Shown here piece after piece: positions 25,735-37,219 of a stretch of 64,000 nt of DNA; within the stretch, counting starts at the first letter, position 1, and every line of letters begins with the position of its first letter. The notes below the pieces were generated by a model. The model did not search any database, had not been told where the DNA came from, and worked only from the letters and a program-made list of their open reading frames with translations. This DNA comes from Eledone cirrhosa (lineage: Eukaryota). The stretch covers positions 36,456,001 through 36,520,000 of the forward strand of contig OZ024749.1 of the NCBI GenBank assembly GCA_964016885.1, in the 5' to 3' direction. The translations under genes and the position numbers were made by a program.

Positions 25735-27620
25735 GATGGCGGTAGTTGTAGTTGTGATGGAAACTGTGGTGGTTGTTGTGGTTGGTGATTGTGGTGGGGA
25801 TGGTAGTGGTAGTTATGTTGGTAATCATGGTGGTGGTGGTTGTAGTGGTGGTTGTGGTTGGGAATTGTGATGGTAGCGGTGATTGTGGTGGTGGTGGTTG
25901 TAGTGGTAGTTGTGGTTGGGGATTGTGGTGGTAGTTATGTTGGTAATCGTGGTGGTGGTGGTGGTGGTTGTAGTGGTGGTTGTGGTTGGGAATTGTGGTG
26001 GTGATGGTAGTGGTAGTTAGTTATGTTGGTAATCGTGGTGGTGGTGGTGGTTGTGGTTGGGAATTGTGGTGGTGATGGTAGCGGTGATTGTGGTGGTGGT
26101 GGTTGTGGTTGGTGATTGTGGTGGGGATGGTAGTGGTAGTTATGTTGGTAATCGTGGTGGTGGTGGTGGTTGTAGTGGTGGTTGTGGTTGGGAATTGTGA
26201 TGGTAGCGGTGATTGTGGTGGTGGTGGTTGTAGTGGTAGTTGTGGTTGGGGATTGTGGTGGTAGTTATGTTGGTAATCGTGGTGGTGGTGGTGGTGGTTG
26301 TAGTGGTGGTTGTGGTTGGGAATTGTGGTGGTGATGGTAGTGGTAGTTAGTTATGTTGGTAATCGTGGTGGTGGTGGTGGTTGTGGTTGGGAATTGTGGT
26401 GGTGATGGTAGCGGTGATTGTGGTGGTGGTGGTTGTGGTTGGTGATTGTGGTGGGGATGGTAGTGGTAGTTATGTTGGTAATCGTGGTGGTGGTGGTGGT
26501 TGTAGTGGTGGTTGTGGTTGGGAATTGTGATGGTAGCGGTGATTGTGGTGGTGGTGGTTGTAGTGGTAGTTGTGGTTGGGAATTGTGATGGTAGCGGTGA
26601 TTGTGGTGGTGGTGGTTGTAGTGGTAGTTGTGGTTGGGGATTGTGGTGGTAGTTATGTTGGTAATCGTGGTGGTGGTGGTGGTGGTTGTAGTGGTGGTTG
26701 TGGTTGGGAATTGTGGTGGTGATGGTAGTGGTAGTTAGTTATGTTGGTAATCGTGGTGGTGGTGGTGGTTGTGGTTGGGAATTGTGGTGGTGATGGTAGC
26801 GGTGATTGTGGTGGTGGTGGTTGTGGTTGGTGATTGTGGTGGGGATGGTAGTGGTAGTTATGTTGGTAATCGTGGTGGTGGTGGTGGTTGTAGTGGTTGG
26901 GAATTGTGATGGTAGCGGTGATTGTGGTGGTGGTGGTTGTAGTGGTAGTTGTGGTTGGGGATTGTGGTGGTGATGGTAGTGGTAGTTATGTTGGTAATCG
27001 TGGTGGTGGTGGTGGTTGTGGTGGTTGTAGTGGTGGTTGTGGTTGGGAATTGTGGTGGTGATGGTAACGGTGGTAGTTGTGGTTGGGGATTGTGGTGGTG
27101 ATGGTAGTGGTAGTTATGTTGGTAATCGTGGTGGTGGTGGTGGTTGTGGTTGGGAATTGTGGTGGTGATTGTGGTGGTGGTGGTTGTAGTGGTAGTTGTG
27201 GTGGTGGTGGTGGTGGTAGTTGTGGTTGTGGTGGTGATGTGGGTTGTGTGTGTGTGTGGGGGGTGATTGTGGGGCGCGGGGGGGGGGGGGGTGATTGTAG
27301 TGGTAGTTGTGATAAAGGATTGTTGGGGTGGGGATACTTGTGATGGTAGTGGTAGTTATGGTGGGGATCGTGGTGGTAGTAGTGATTATGATTATGATGA
27401 TGATGATGGTGATGGCATCAATGGTAATGATGATCATGGGAATTGCAGTGATGGTTTTGGTAAATATGTTTATGATAATGGCGGTGGTGACGGTGGTGAC
27501 AGTGGTGCTATTAATGTTTATGGTAGTGGTATTATAATGATGATGTAGATGATGACGATGATGATGATGATGATAAAGGTGATGTTAATATTATAGTAAT
27601 GTTGATGTTGATGCTGATGA
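25735..27620. repeat. (GGT)n-based complex satellite with ~330-390-bp superperiod
   Basis: Marker ggtagttagttatgttggtaatcg recurs near 26012, 26342 and 26730. Confidence 0.85.
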
Positions 27621-28289
27621 TGCCAGATTTATACTGTTTCAACTACTGCTCTGAATAATAAAAGCTAAACCCCACATAGTGGTTCATTGGTTTTTGGCTC
27701 TCTGTATTTTTAGTTGTATTTCACATTTATATTCCTGACAGGAGGGTGTAGATGATGGTGGGTTGTGGTGTGTACAGGGTAGAGTAGGGTAATGTAGTAG
27801 TTATTACTTCTACTGTCTATTCATGGACTTTAACAGTTCTATTCAAAAACAGTAACAGAAAAGAAAAGAAAAAAAACTGTTGAAATCCTAAAATATATTG
27901 AAAACAAACCTATATGAAAACATTTCTCATACATAAAAACTAATTTTTTTTGTTGGAAAAATAATATTTTATATTGTTATATCAACAGTCTTATGGTTAT
28001 TGCATGCTTACACTGTATAATTGAGCACTGCTTTATGTGTCTTGGTTATGTGCAGTAGTTTGTTTTGGTGTTGTGGTTTCTGTTTTTCTAATGCCTCTCT
28101 ATCTACCTATCTATCTCTCATACACACAATAGACATGCTCACACACAATGTTCACCTCTTTCTCTCATAGATTCTCATCTTTATCACACACATCTCACTT
28201 TTGTCTTTCATACATTCACACACACTCATACGTGTATGCAAACAGTTTGAAAATACTTTACATAATGTGTGCAAGGTCAATATGTGAGT

Positions 28290-29345
28290 ATTTAGTAACC
28301 CCAGCTATCTCTACAATGTGTATCTGGGTATTTAGTGTGCTTGGCTAGCTCTACAACGTATATCTGGGTATTTAGCACCCTCGGCTAGCTCTACAAGGTG
28401 TATCTGGGTATTTAGAACCATTGGCTAGCTCTACAATGTATACCTGGGTATTTAGCACCCGAGGCTAGCTCTACAAGGTGTATCTGGGTATTTAGAACCC
28501 TTGGCTAGCTCTACAATGTAACCTGGGTATTTAGCACCATTGGCTAGCTCTACAAGGTGTATCTGGGTATTTAGAACCCTTGACTAGTCTTACAATGTAT
28601 ACCTGGGTATTTAGCACCCTCGGCTAGCTCTACAAGGTGTATCTGGGTATTTAGAACCATTGGCTAGCTCTACAATGTATACCTGGGTATTTAGCACCCG
28701 AGGCTAGCTCTACAAGGTGTATCTGGGTATTTAGAACCCTTGGCTAGCTCTACAATGTATACCTGGGTATTTAGCACCATTGGCTAGCTCTACAAGGTGT
28801 ATCTGGGTATTTAGAGCCCTTGGCTAGCTCTACAATGTATACCTGGGTATTTAGCACCCTCGGCTAGCTCTGCAAGGTGTATCTGGGTATTTAGAACCAT
28901 TGGCTAGCTCTACAATGTATACCTGGGTATTTAGCACCCGAGGCTAGCTCTACAAGGTGTATCTGGGTATTTAGAACCCTTGGCTAGCTCTACAATGTAT
29001 ACCTGGGTATTTAGCACCATTAGCTAGCTCTACAAGGTGTATCTGGGTATTTAGAGCCCTTGGCTAGCTCTACAATGTATACCTGGGTATTTAGCACCAT
29101 TGGCTAGCTCTACAAGGTGTATCTGGGTATTTAGAACCCTTGACTAGTCTTACAATGTATACCTGGGTATTTAGCACCCGAGGCTAGCTCTACAAGGTAT
29201 ACCTGGGTATTTAGCACCATCGGCTAGCTCTACAAGGTGTATCTGGGTATTTAGCACCCTTGACTAGCTCTACAATGTGTATTTGGGTATTTAGCACCCT
29301 CAGTTAGCTCTGCAAGATATACTTGGGTATTTAGCACCCTTGGCT
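28290..29345. repeat. 40-bp minisatellite, ~26 units, with 80-bp and 240-bp higher-order structure
   Basis: gctagctctacaa(gg/tg)t..a..tgggtatttag units; near-identical 60-mers 240 bp apart (28681 vs 28921). Confidence 0.95.
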
Positions 29346-29562
29346 TAGCCCTCTGATACATGACCCCTTCTCTGAGTTGTGTACCCCATTCTGCCACACA
29401 AAATACTTTCAACTTACAGGTAAGCTGACAAACCTACTTTTTAACTCTTCTTGCTCTAACCACACAAAGAAAATTATAAAGCCTGCATCTTTTATTACAC
29501 AGTCCACCCTGACCCACACCAATATAAAATGAAGGACCAGTCAAGTACTGGTGTTGATTTAA

Positions 29563-29782
29563 CCCTTTAGTAATTACATTACTCTATATTTACCATTGTA
29601 TTTTCACAGTAAAGGCTCTACTTCTCATAATTATCTCACATAATATCTAATCTATGAAATTTTTACATTATTATTTTAAGAACAATACCTTAACATCAGT
29701 ATGAGTGGCTAGTTACAGCTGGTTTAAACAGAAAGAGGTGAGAGAATTCTGGTCGGATATGGCCGGTTTAAATGCTGAAGGG
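29563..29782. mobile_element. piggyBac-like MITE family 1 inserted into the TTAA of a SINE A remnant
   Basis: TTAA-ccctttag...gctgaaggg-TTAA; flanks rejoin to gatTTAAttgact as in the empty SINE site at 4203. Confidence 0.85.
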
Positions 29783-30605
29783 TTAATTGACTTTTCTTTT
29801 CTCCCAAATTGCTGACCATGTGCCAATGTTAGGAATTATTATTCTAGGAATTTTTTCATGTTTTCAATCTTCACATTCTTGTTATCTCTATCTCCAGATC
29901 TTTACATTTGACTAGTTTTGTCATTTCTTTGAGAGACCTATCATCATCTGTTGTGACTGATACATAGTTAAGAGGGACTTCTTTTCCTGGAGGTTCTTGA
30001 CAATACATGACAGAGGGAGGGGGTAGCCTTGAATTTCTTGTCTCTATTGATTGACACATCTCAAAATGTGGCTGCTTTGTCATTCTTTCACACCTTTTCT
30101 GATGTAGATTTATACCAGGTTGTATGGCTGTGTGTGTGTTGGCATAAATAGATGTGTGTCGGTATGTGTTGGCATACATGGGTGTGTGTGTGTTGCCATA
30201 CTTAGATGTGTGTGTATGTGTGTTGGCATACATAGTTAAGTGACTTCATTTTCTGGAGGTTCACCATGGATATGTGTGTGTGTGTGTTGGCATACATGGA
30301 TGTGTGTCTGTGTGTGTTGCCATACATGGATATGTGTCTGTGTGTGTTGGCATAAATGGATATGTATGTCTATGTGTCTTGGTATACATGGATGTATGTC
30401 TGTCTGTCTGTCTGTGAGGTGTGTGTGTGTGTGAATATATAAAAGACACAAGTGAGGTGTGTGTGATAAAAAAAAGACAAGAATTTATGTGAAAAGAGGT
30501 GCAAATTGTGTGAGAGCAAGTGTGTATTGTACTTCTGAGATATAGAGAGAGGTGGGGAGGTCGTTAGAAAAACTGAAATACACACATCTACATTCTCTCA
30601 CTCAC

Positions 30606-30620
30606 CGTTGCAATGTTCAT
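30606..30620 (-). CDS. Candidate first coding exon (MNIAT)
   Basis: ATG followed by strong donor acg|gtgagt; CpG-richer unique sequence and RFX half-site gttgctaagg just upstream. Confidence 0.25.
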
Positions 30621-30715
30621 ATTACTGCAAAGACGATTATTACGCCTTAGCAACGGTAATGACAGCGTAAACATGTTACTTAGTTACCGACAGAGGTACT
30701 TGCTACCAACAACAG

Positions 30716-30748
<33 letters not shown>

Positions 30749-30975
30749 GCGTGTGTGTGCGTTAACTGTGTTATCATCAAACATCATTACCAGACTACAT
30801 CTTACTGTAAAATCAGTCACGGGAGAATGGCTCTGTATACTTAGTGTGTGTGTGTGTGTGTGTGTAACTGAGTGTATGCGTGTGTAACTGTGTGATGAGA
30901 GAATAAGCAGTTCCTTTCAAATTCTCACTCTCTGGAAAAGGTTTAAGCTTGACCGTAGGACTTGGGTTTTATTAA

Positions 30976-31143
30976 ATAATTGTTTCTACTTTAGGCACAA
31001 GGCCAGCAAATTACCCAGTACATTACTGGTACTTTATTTGATCGACCCTGTAAGGATGAAAGGCAAAGTTAACCTTGGCGGGATTTGAACTCAGACCGTA
31101 AAGGGACGTAACTATGCTAGAAAGTATGACGTCCAACCCTCTA
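30976..31143 (-). mobile_element. SINE A
   Basis: Reverse near-consensus copy. Confidence 0.9.
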
Positions 31144-31366
31144 GTCCACACAGTAGTTTTTTTTTCTTTTACGTAAGCTGGGAGTTTCAATTAATATCAA
31201 ATCTCTCTCTCTCTCTCTCTCTCTAGTTATGTAATAAACAACATAAGGCAATTATTTCATTTACCAGTGGTTTCTTAAAAGCAAAAAAATTTTGCTTTCA
31301 ATCATCAGAATGAAAAAATCCTGGCGTATTTATTGACGTTGGATTTTAAAAACCTAATATATATAT

Positions 31367-31670
31367 ATAATATAAGATCAAAAGATGGTTAAAAGAGTTC
31401 CAAGTATTTTATTATGCGCATTTCAAAAACAAATATCATGGGATGATATCTGCGTTCTCATCAGATAAAATAGGGAGACATGATATGGAGCTTAAAAAAC
31501 ACTTGTGAATAGTGAAGTTTTAAATCAACATATCCTTTAACCATCTTTAAACCAACATATCCTTTAACCATCTTTAAACCAACATATCCTTTAACCATCT
31601 TTAAACCAACATATCCTTTAACCATCTTTAAACCAAAATATCTTTTAACCATCTTTTGATCTTATATTAT
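31367..31670 (-). mobile_element. PLE-like element with 30-bp terminal inverted repeat, hammerhead and internal 27-bp tandem
   Basis: ataatataagatcaaaagatggttaaaaga / tcttttaaccatcttttgatcttatattat; 27-bp units at 31525-31650. Confidence 0.65.
31405..31472 (-). ncRNA. Minimal type I hammerhead ribozyme motif
   Basis: tattttat-CTGATGA-gaacgcagatatcat ccc atgatatttgttttt-GAAA-tgcgca-TA-ataaaata; 8-bp perfect stem I. Confidence 0.8.
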
Positions 31671-31751
31671 TTATACTCCAGTCCTACAAACTGTAGAGTG
31701 CTACTTATCCGATATTTGCATTGCTTTATTGTGCTACAATAAAACTCACCT

Positions 31752-31792
<41 letters not shown>

Positions 31793-31800
<8 letters not shown>

Positions 31801-31935
31801 AACAACACAATATAATTATTCCACTACCTAAGGTTTCATGAAATTAAACGTCCAGTTCGTTCATCTTTCTGTAGGAATCGTTTAATTTCCTGAAACCTTA
31901 GGTAATGGAATAATTATATAGTTGTTTATTATATA
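31793..31935. repeat. Fold-back inverted repeat (~58-bp arms) next to (TA)n
   Basis: tataattattccactacctaaggtttcatgaaattaaacg pairs with cgtttaatttcctgaaaccttaggtaatggaataattata. Confidence 0.8.
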
Positions 31936-32492
31936 AATATCTCTGTACTATACATAGAGCACTCTTCTTTCCTTTACCTTTTCTACGGAAATGTATAACA
32001 CATATATATGTGTGTGTGTACGTATGCAACGTGAGTTCAATATGATGCAATACCACTCTTATGCACGAAATTGCATAGCCCATAGGTGGCTGAGGAAGAA
32101 GTTGAATGCCTTTCTTCATTCGCTCCACTTCACTTTGCTTTTTTCGTGCAGCTTTACCATCCGAACTTTACACACCTTCCCACACTTGGTCTTTCCTTCC
32201 ACGCATTACCTCTGTTTGATTTTGTTACTGTACTTGTTTATTTCCGTATATGATTCTTTGCCTGTGTTCTTACAATTTTATTTCTATGATTTTTTGTTCA
32301 CGATTGCCTGTGTTTTTACCTTTATGATTTTTTGTTCACGATGCTTTTATATTGAATTTTATTTCATTCCTTGTATTTTGATCATGCTTTATTTTTATTT
32401 TTATTTTTAATTTCATTCGCACCGTTTTCTTTCGCTATATGTCTCTCCACTACTCCCCTACACACCCTTTGAACTCTGTTCCCACACACTTC

Positions 32493-32620
32493 TCACCTGA
32501 GGAAGGGCTTATGCCCGAAACGTCGTTCCCCACCACCACCCTACTCTCCAGAGCGTGAAATTAATAAACATTTGTTGTACTGCCTCTCTGTTTTGTTCCT
32601 GTTCAAATTTTTCCACTATA
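32493..32620 (+). mobile_element. Penelope-like pLTR end with hammerhead-like motif
   Basis: cCTGAGGAagggcttatgcccGAAAcgtc followed by aataaa tail; same tail reversed at 22300-22390. Confidence 0.7.
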
Positions 32621-32649
32621 TATACATATATATTATATATATATATATA

Positions 32650-32990
32650 TATAAAGAAAAAGGGATGAAATCGAAAATGCAACTGAAGTCTTATTTTTTT
32701 TTTAAATATATATATTTATTTGGTTCCTTTACCGGTTTCGCAGTTCTTCTGCTTTTCAAAAGGTGAGTTGAGATGGAGGGTCTGTGGTTTTTCTCACACT
32801 CCTTCTCAACTCACCTTTTGAAAAGCAGAAGAACTGCGAAACCGGTAAAGGAACCAAATAAATATATATATTTTTTAAAAAAATAAGACTTCAGTTGCAT
32901 TTTCGATTTCATCCCTTTTTCTTTATACTTCCACTCGTGTAGGACACCTCGGTTATTTTTCATTTTGTAAAAAAAAAACCTCACTTTCTA
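32650..32990. mobile_element. PLE-like fold-back element (~129-bp arms) with variant hammerhead
   Basis: Arms 32650-32778 / 32799-32927; cctt-TTGAAAA-gcag aagaa ctgc-GAAA-ccgg-TA-aagg at 32814-32851. Confidence 0.7.
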
Positions 32991-33260
32991 ATATATATAT
33001 ATATATGCAGAGAGAGGAAAAAGATATTGAAAGGAGTGTTAAAACGTTCAAACATTAACTGAATGAGCACTCAATACATGTGAACAGAGTGTAAGATTTA
33101 TTTTCTTTGTGTGTTAGTGTGTGTGTAATGCTGAATATATATAATGGTATTTAATAACCATTTTATTCCACGTCTTAGTATTACCGTGAACAATCTATAT
33201 ATTATCTCTTTACTTTACAGATCAAATTTGCTATATTATCCCAAAATTGGCCTCGTCTTG

Positions 33261-33300
<40 letters not shown>

Positions 33301-33846
33301 AACACATACATACACATGTGTATACTTACAAACACATATATATATATATATGTATATGTGTAATGTTATATATATGTATGAGTGTGTGTAATGTAATATA
33401 TTTGTTTATGTGTGTGTTCAGTTACACGTTCATAGGTGTATACACACTGAGAATTAGAAGAGAATGAACTCGATTTATTTTAAGTTCAAGTAATTTGCAA
33501 GGTGGGGTGAATGACTTGTTTGATGTTATAAAATATAGCGATTGAATAATGGTGGATGAGGGGGGGGGGGGGGGGCTAGAAAGGGAGACAATAAATAAGT
33601 ATTACAGCTGGTGATAATGATGATAATGGTCGTGGTGGTGGTGTTTGACCGATGGAGTGAGATCTGAGATGTATATTGCTAGACTTATATAGCTATGTAT
33701 ATGTAAGCCTGTATTTATATATGTGCGTGTATGTGTACGTGTAAAAGTGTATGTATTTGTATTTCCTAGCTCTATCTGAAAGTCTTGTACAAGTTCTGAC
33801 ATCGCGTTCATAAAAGAACACTATACATACACACACACACACATAT

Positions 33847-34203
33847 GGTGGCTGCCAACTCGTTTTCGAGTACGGCCACTACTTTATATCCATGTAGGAG
33901 AACCCCTACTGATGCGCTGAACGAGTGTGACTTTTTAGTCCAGCCAGCGACTTGAAAACTCTGGTACAAAGACTACACTTGTGACATTTATTGACACATA
34001 GTGCAGGGCCCATGGTACCATGTGACGACAAGTGCAGAGAGATCTCCAGATACAAAGCAATGCCTGTGCCGTGAAGCTTTTATAGTGAGCAAAGGCACTG
34101 CACAAAGCCAGTCCCACTCTCTTAACCAAGATGATATTTACCAAAAAGAAGAACAAGTCAACATCATTGGATACCATCAGGGTTGCAGGTGTTATATCAG
34201 AGT
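33847..34203 (-). mobile_element. 5'-truncated non-autonomous retroelement (RTE-related) with 50-bp target duplication
   Basis: Matches 58410-58768 in reverse; direct repeat 33797-33846 / 34205-34254. Confidence 0.8.
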
Positions 34204-34236
34204 ATGACATCGCGTTCATAAAAGAACACTATACAT

Positions 34237-34267
<31 letters not shown>

Positions 34268-34529
34268 CATACATACATATATATATACATACACATGTTG
34301 ATTTCTTTTAAATGAAACAGTTATAGTCCTGGAGAAGCAATTTCTATATTAAACTTTATATGTATGTATGTGTGTGTGTGGGTATATATATATATATACA
34401 CACACACACATATTTAGCTAGTTAGTTTTTCACTATAAATACACTCTACTTCCCAAGTATCGAGTACTTAGCTGAACATAGTCTAACCAGTCTAAACTGG
34501 TAACATCCCCCCGCCCCAATATCTCTCTG

Positions 34530-34582
<53 letters not shown>

Positions 34583-35975
34583 AATTTAAGAGTGTGTATA
34601 CACACATAAATATGTATTATCTGTACATAGTGCCAATCTCTGCTATTTGTAATCTTACATGGTTAATAATAAAATGTGAATAAATGTTCGATCTTTAACT
34701 GATTGGTGAATTTCGTTGATGATGATGTTGGTGGTGGTGATGGTGTTGGTGATGATAGGAAGGGCATCCAGCTGTAGAAAACCAGCCAAATATATGAGAA
34801 CTATCCAGCTGATCAAGGGCATTGGCAACCTCCCTAATGCTGTTGTCACAATAAAATGCAGGGTGCAGTTATGTAAGTAAACAAGACGAAGGATCCCCAC
34901 CTACCATATGGTCAGTACCTAAGCAAGGTCTGCTGACCACTCGTCCAACCATGCTGGTAGGGAAAGCGGACGTTAAACGATGATGATGATATACTCTAAC
35001 ACTGCTATATATATACACACACACACACAACACTACTATATATATACACACACAACACTATTATATACACCCCAACGCTGTCTGCTGGATCAGGATTGGT
35101 ATGGTTCTAAATAATCGTATATACACAAGAACCAATATCCCACCAGCAGTATGTATACACACAAACATATACCGAAACCAATAATAAGAAGGAAGTGATC
35201 AATTTCTACCTCCGTTGACTGGAGAGTCTCTCTGACAACTCCTGTGTTTTTTTTTCTTCTCTTCTCATTTTACCTCCTCCTCCTCCCTCATAACTATCTC
35301 TCTTTCTCTCTCACCCACTCCTTCCTTATAGTATGTCTTTTAGTCCATTGACTCGGAGTGCAGGGTTCACTTTCACGTGAGATCACACACTTCAGATATA
35401 ATAACCACACCAATAACATCAATCCTGATATACACGCACACAATCACGCATACACACTTATAAACCGGCATCATGATTGGTATCGATTAATCTGTCTTCT
35501 CATATCTTTAAAGTCGCTCCCTATCTTTCTTTCTTTCTTTCTTTCTATCTATCTATCTATCTATCTATAAGAAATCTATCTATCTGAATATATTTCGTGT
35601 AACGAAAGAACGAGCACTCGATATATAATAAATACAGAGGTAAATATGCATGTTTATTTCACTTGACTAACACCATGAAATAAATATACATATCTATAGA
35701 TATCAATAGACAGATAGGTAGTTCCGTCCCCTCGTTAACACACACTCCCCTCACTAAGAAGTTGTCACACCTCTCTCATCCTGTGTCACTGAATAAATCA
35801 CAAACGGATTCTAAAAAAAGTTTGTCCATATATATATAAATATATCTTCCCCCGTCGACACATACAGGATCTTAAAGAAATAATAAAAATAAAAGTAATA
35901 ATAATAAGCTAGCAAGGACAGTTGCTAGGCTTCTCTCGTGTGTGCTGTTTTCCATGTCATATAATTGTTCCAATT

Positions 35976-36040
35976 ATGTATAAGGCGGTGAAAAACAGCA
36001 AGAGAAAGGAACCTTACTATTACGACTCACGAATTCCTAG
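35976..36040 (+). CDS. Candidate first coding exon (MYKAVKNSKRKEPYYYDSRIP)
   Basis: ATG, open frame, strong donor tag|gtaaga; upstream gttgctaggc RFX half-site, tcacgtga E-box and attgg box in unique sequence 35350-35950. Confidence 0.3.
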
Positions 36041-36316
36041 GTAAGAATGACTGTCTGTCTCTCTATTTATCTTTCTCACTCTCTTTCTATCTATCTATCT
36101 TCCTTTCACTCTCTATCTATCTATCTTCCTTTCACTCTCTATCTATCTATCTTCCTTTCACTCTCTATATATCTATCTTCCTTTCACTCCCTCTCCTTCT
36201 TCCTTACTCTCTCTCTAACATGTTTTTAATTATGTGTTTTTTTTTTGTACACTCAATAATAATCCAGTTGGGTTTCTGTCGTGGCGACTATAACGTCAAA
36301 AATATACCTTGTCATA

Positions 36317-36365
<49 letters not shown>

Positions 36366-36492
36366 TTGAAAAACAGTATAAAATATAATCGTATTCAGCA
36401 CCTTGGAAAATGTATTTGTAAAATATACATTATTAAAAAAGTTATGAGGGAATAAAGTCAGGTGTGAACATTAAATTGTCGTTATGTCGTCT

Positions 36493-36545
<53 letters not shown>

Positions 36546-36550
<5 letters not shown>

Positions 36551-36740
36551 AACGAGTAGGACCCCGACGGCTGAGCTCAAGCCGTTTCGACGGCTAATTA
36601 AGTCTAGAATTAGCCGTTGAAACGGCTTGAGCTCAGCCGTCGGGGTCCTACTCGTTCCTATTACCCACTCTACTACCCTAAGTATCGAGTACTTTGGTGC
36701 GTTATGGTCCACCTGGTTCCTTACCACATTTCCTTCGTTA
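36546..36740 (+). mobile_element. PLE-like fold-back element, copy 1 (3' half of a hammerhead)
   Basis: 116-bp palindrome 36546-36661; stem II-GAAA-cggc..gccg-TC; flanked by (TA)n. Confidence 0.7.
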
Positions 36741-37011
36741 TATATATATTTATATACACACACATACAAATGAACTGTTGGCGATGTGGAGATTGAGAAG
36801 ACCACAGATCAGTGTAGATATTTGTTTGGGTACAAAGTGGGTATAGGAATTAGTGCGTGGCCCCTCTCCTTCTCTATGAATCTATATATAATGTGAAGAT
36901 GGAGAGGGGATGCGACAGATCAGGTGTTATTGCATTCTAGTCAATGTCAAGTTCAGGTTGGGAGAGGACTGATAGAGGGAGGGAGACGAAGTGATAAAGA
37001 TAGGGGGTGTG

Positions 37012-37042
<31 letters not shown>

Positions 37043-37219
37043 TGTGGCGTGTGTGAGAGGGAAATAATGTAGTGCGTGTAATAAAACTTGTTTATTCAGT
37101 GAGAATTTGAACTAACTTTCTAGTTGACTGGTCCACACACCTGCTTACTCTACCTACATACCAATCTCATCGACTTTAACCTAAATATAAATACTACTAT
37201 ATGGCTGTGCCTATATATA

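Noticed and set aside
28290-29345. CRISPR-like array (also 51400 and 62478)
   Set aside because: No unique spacers, eukaryotic context, no cas genes
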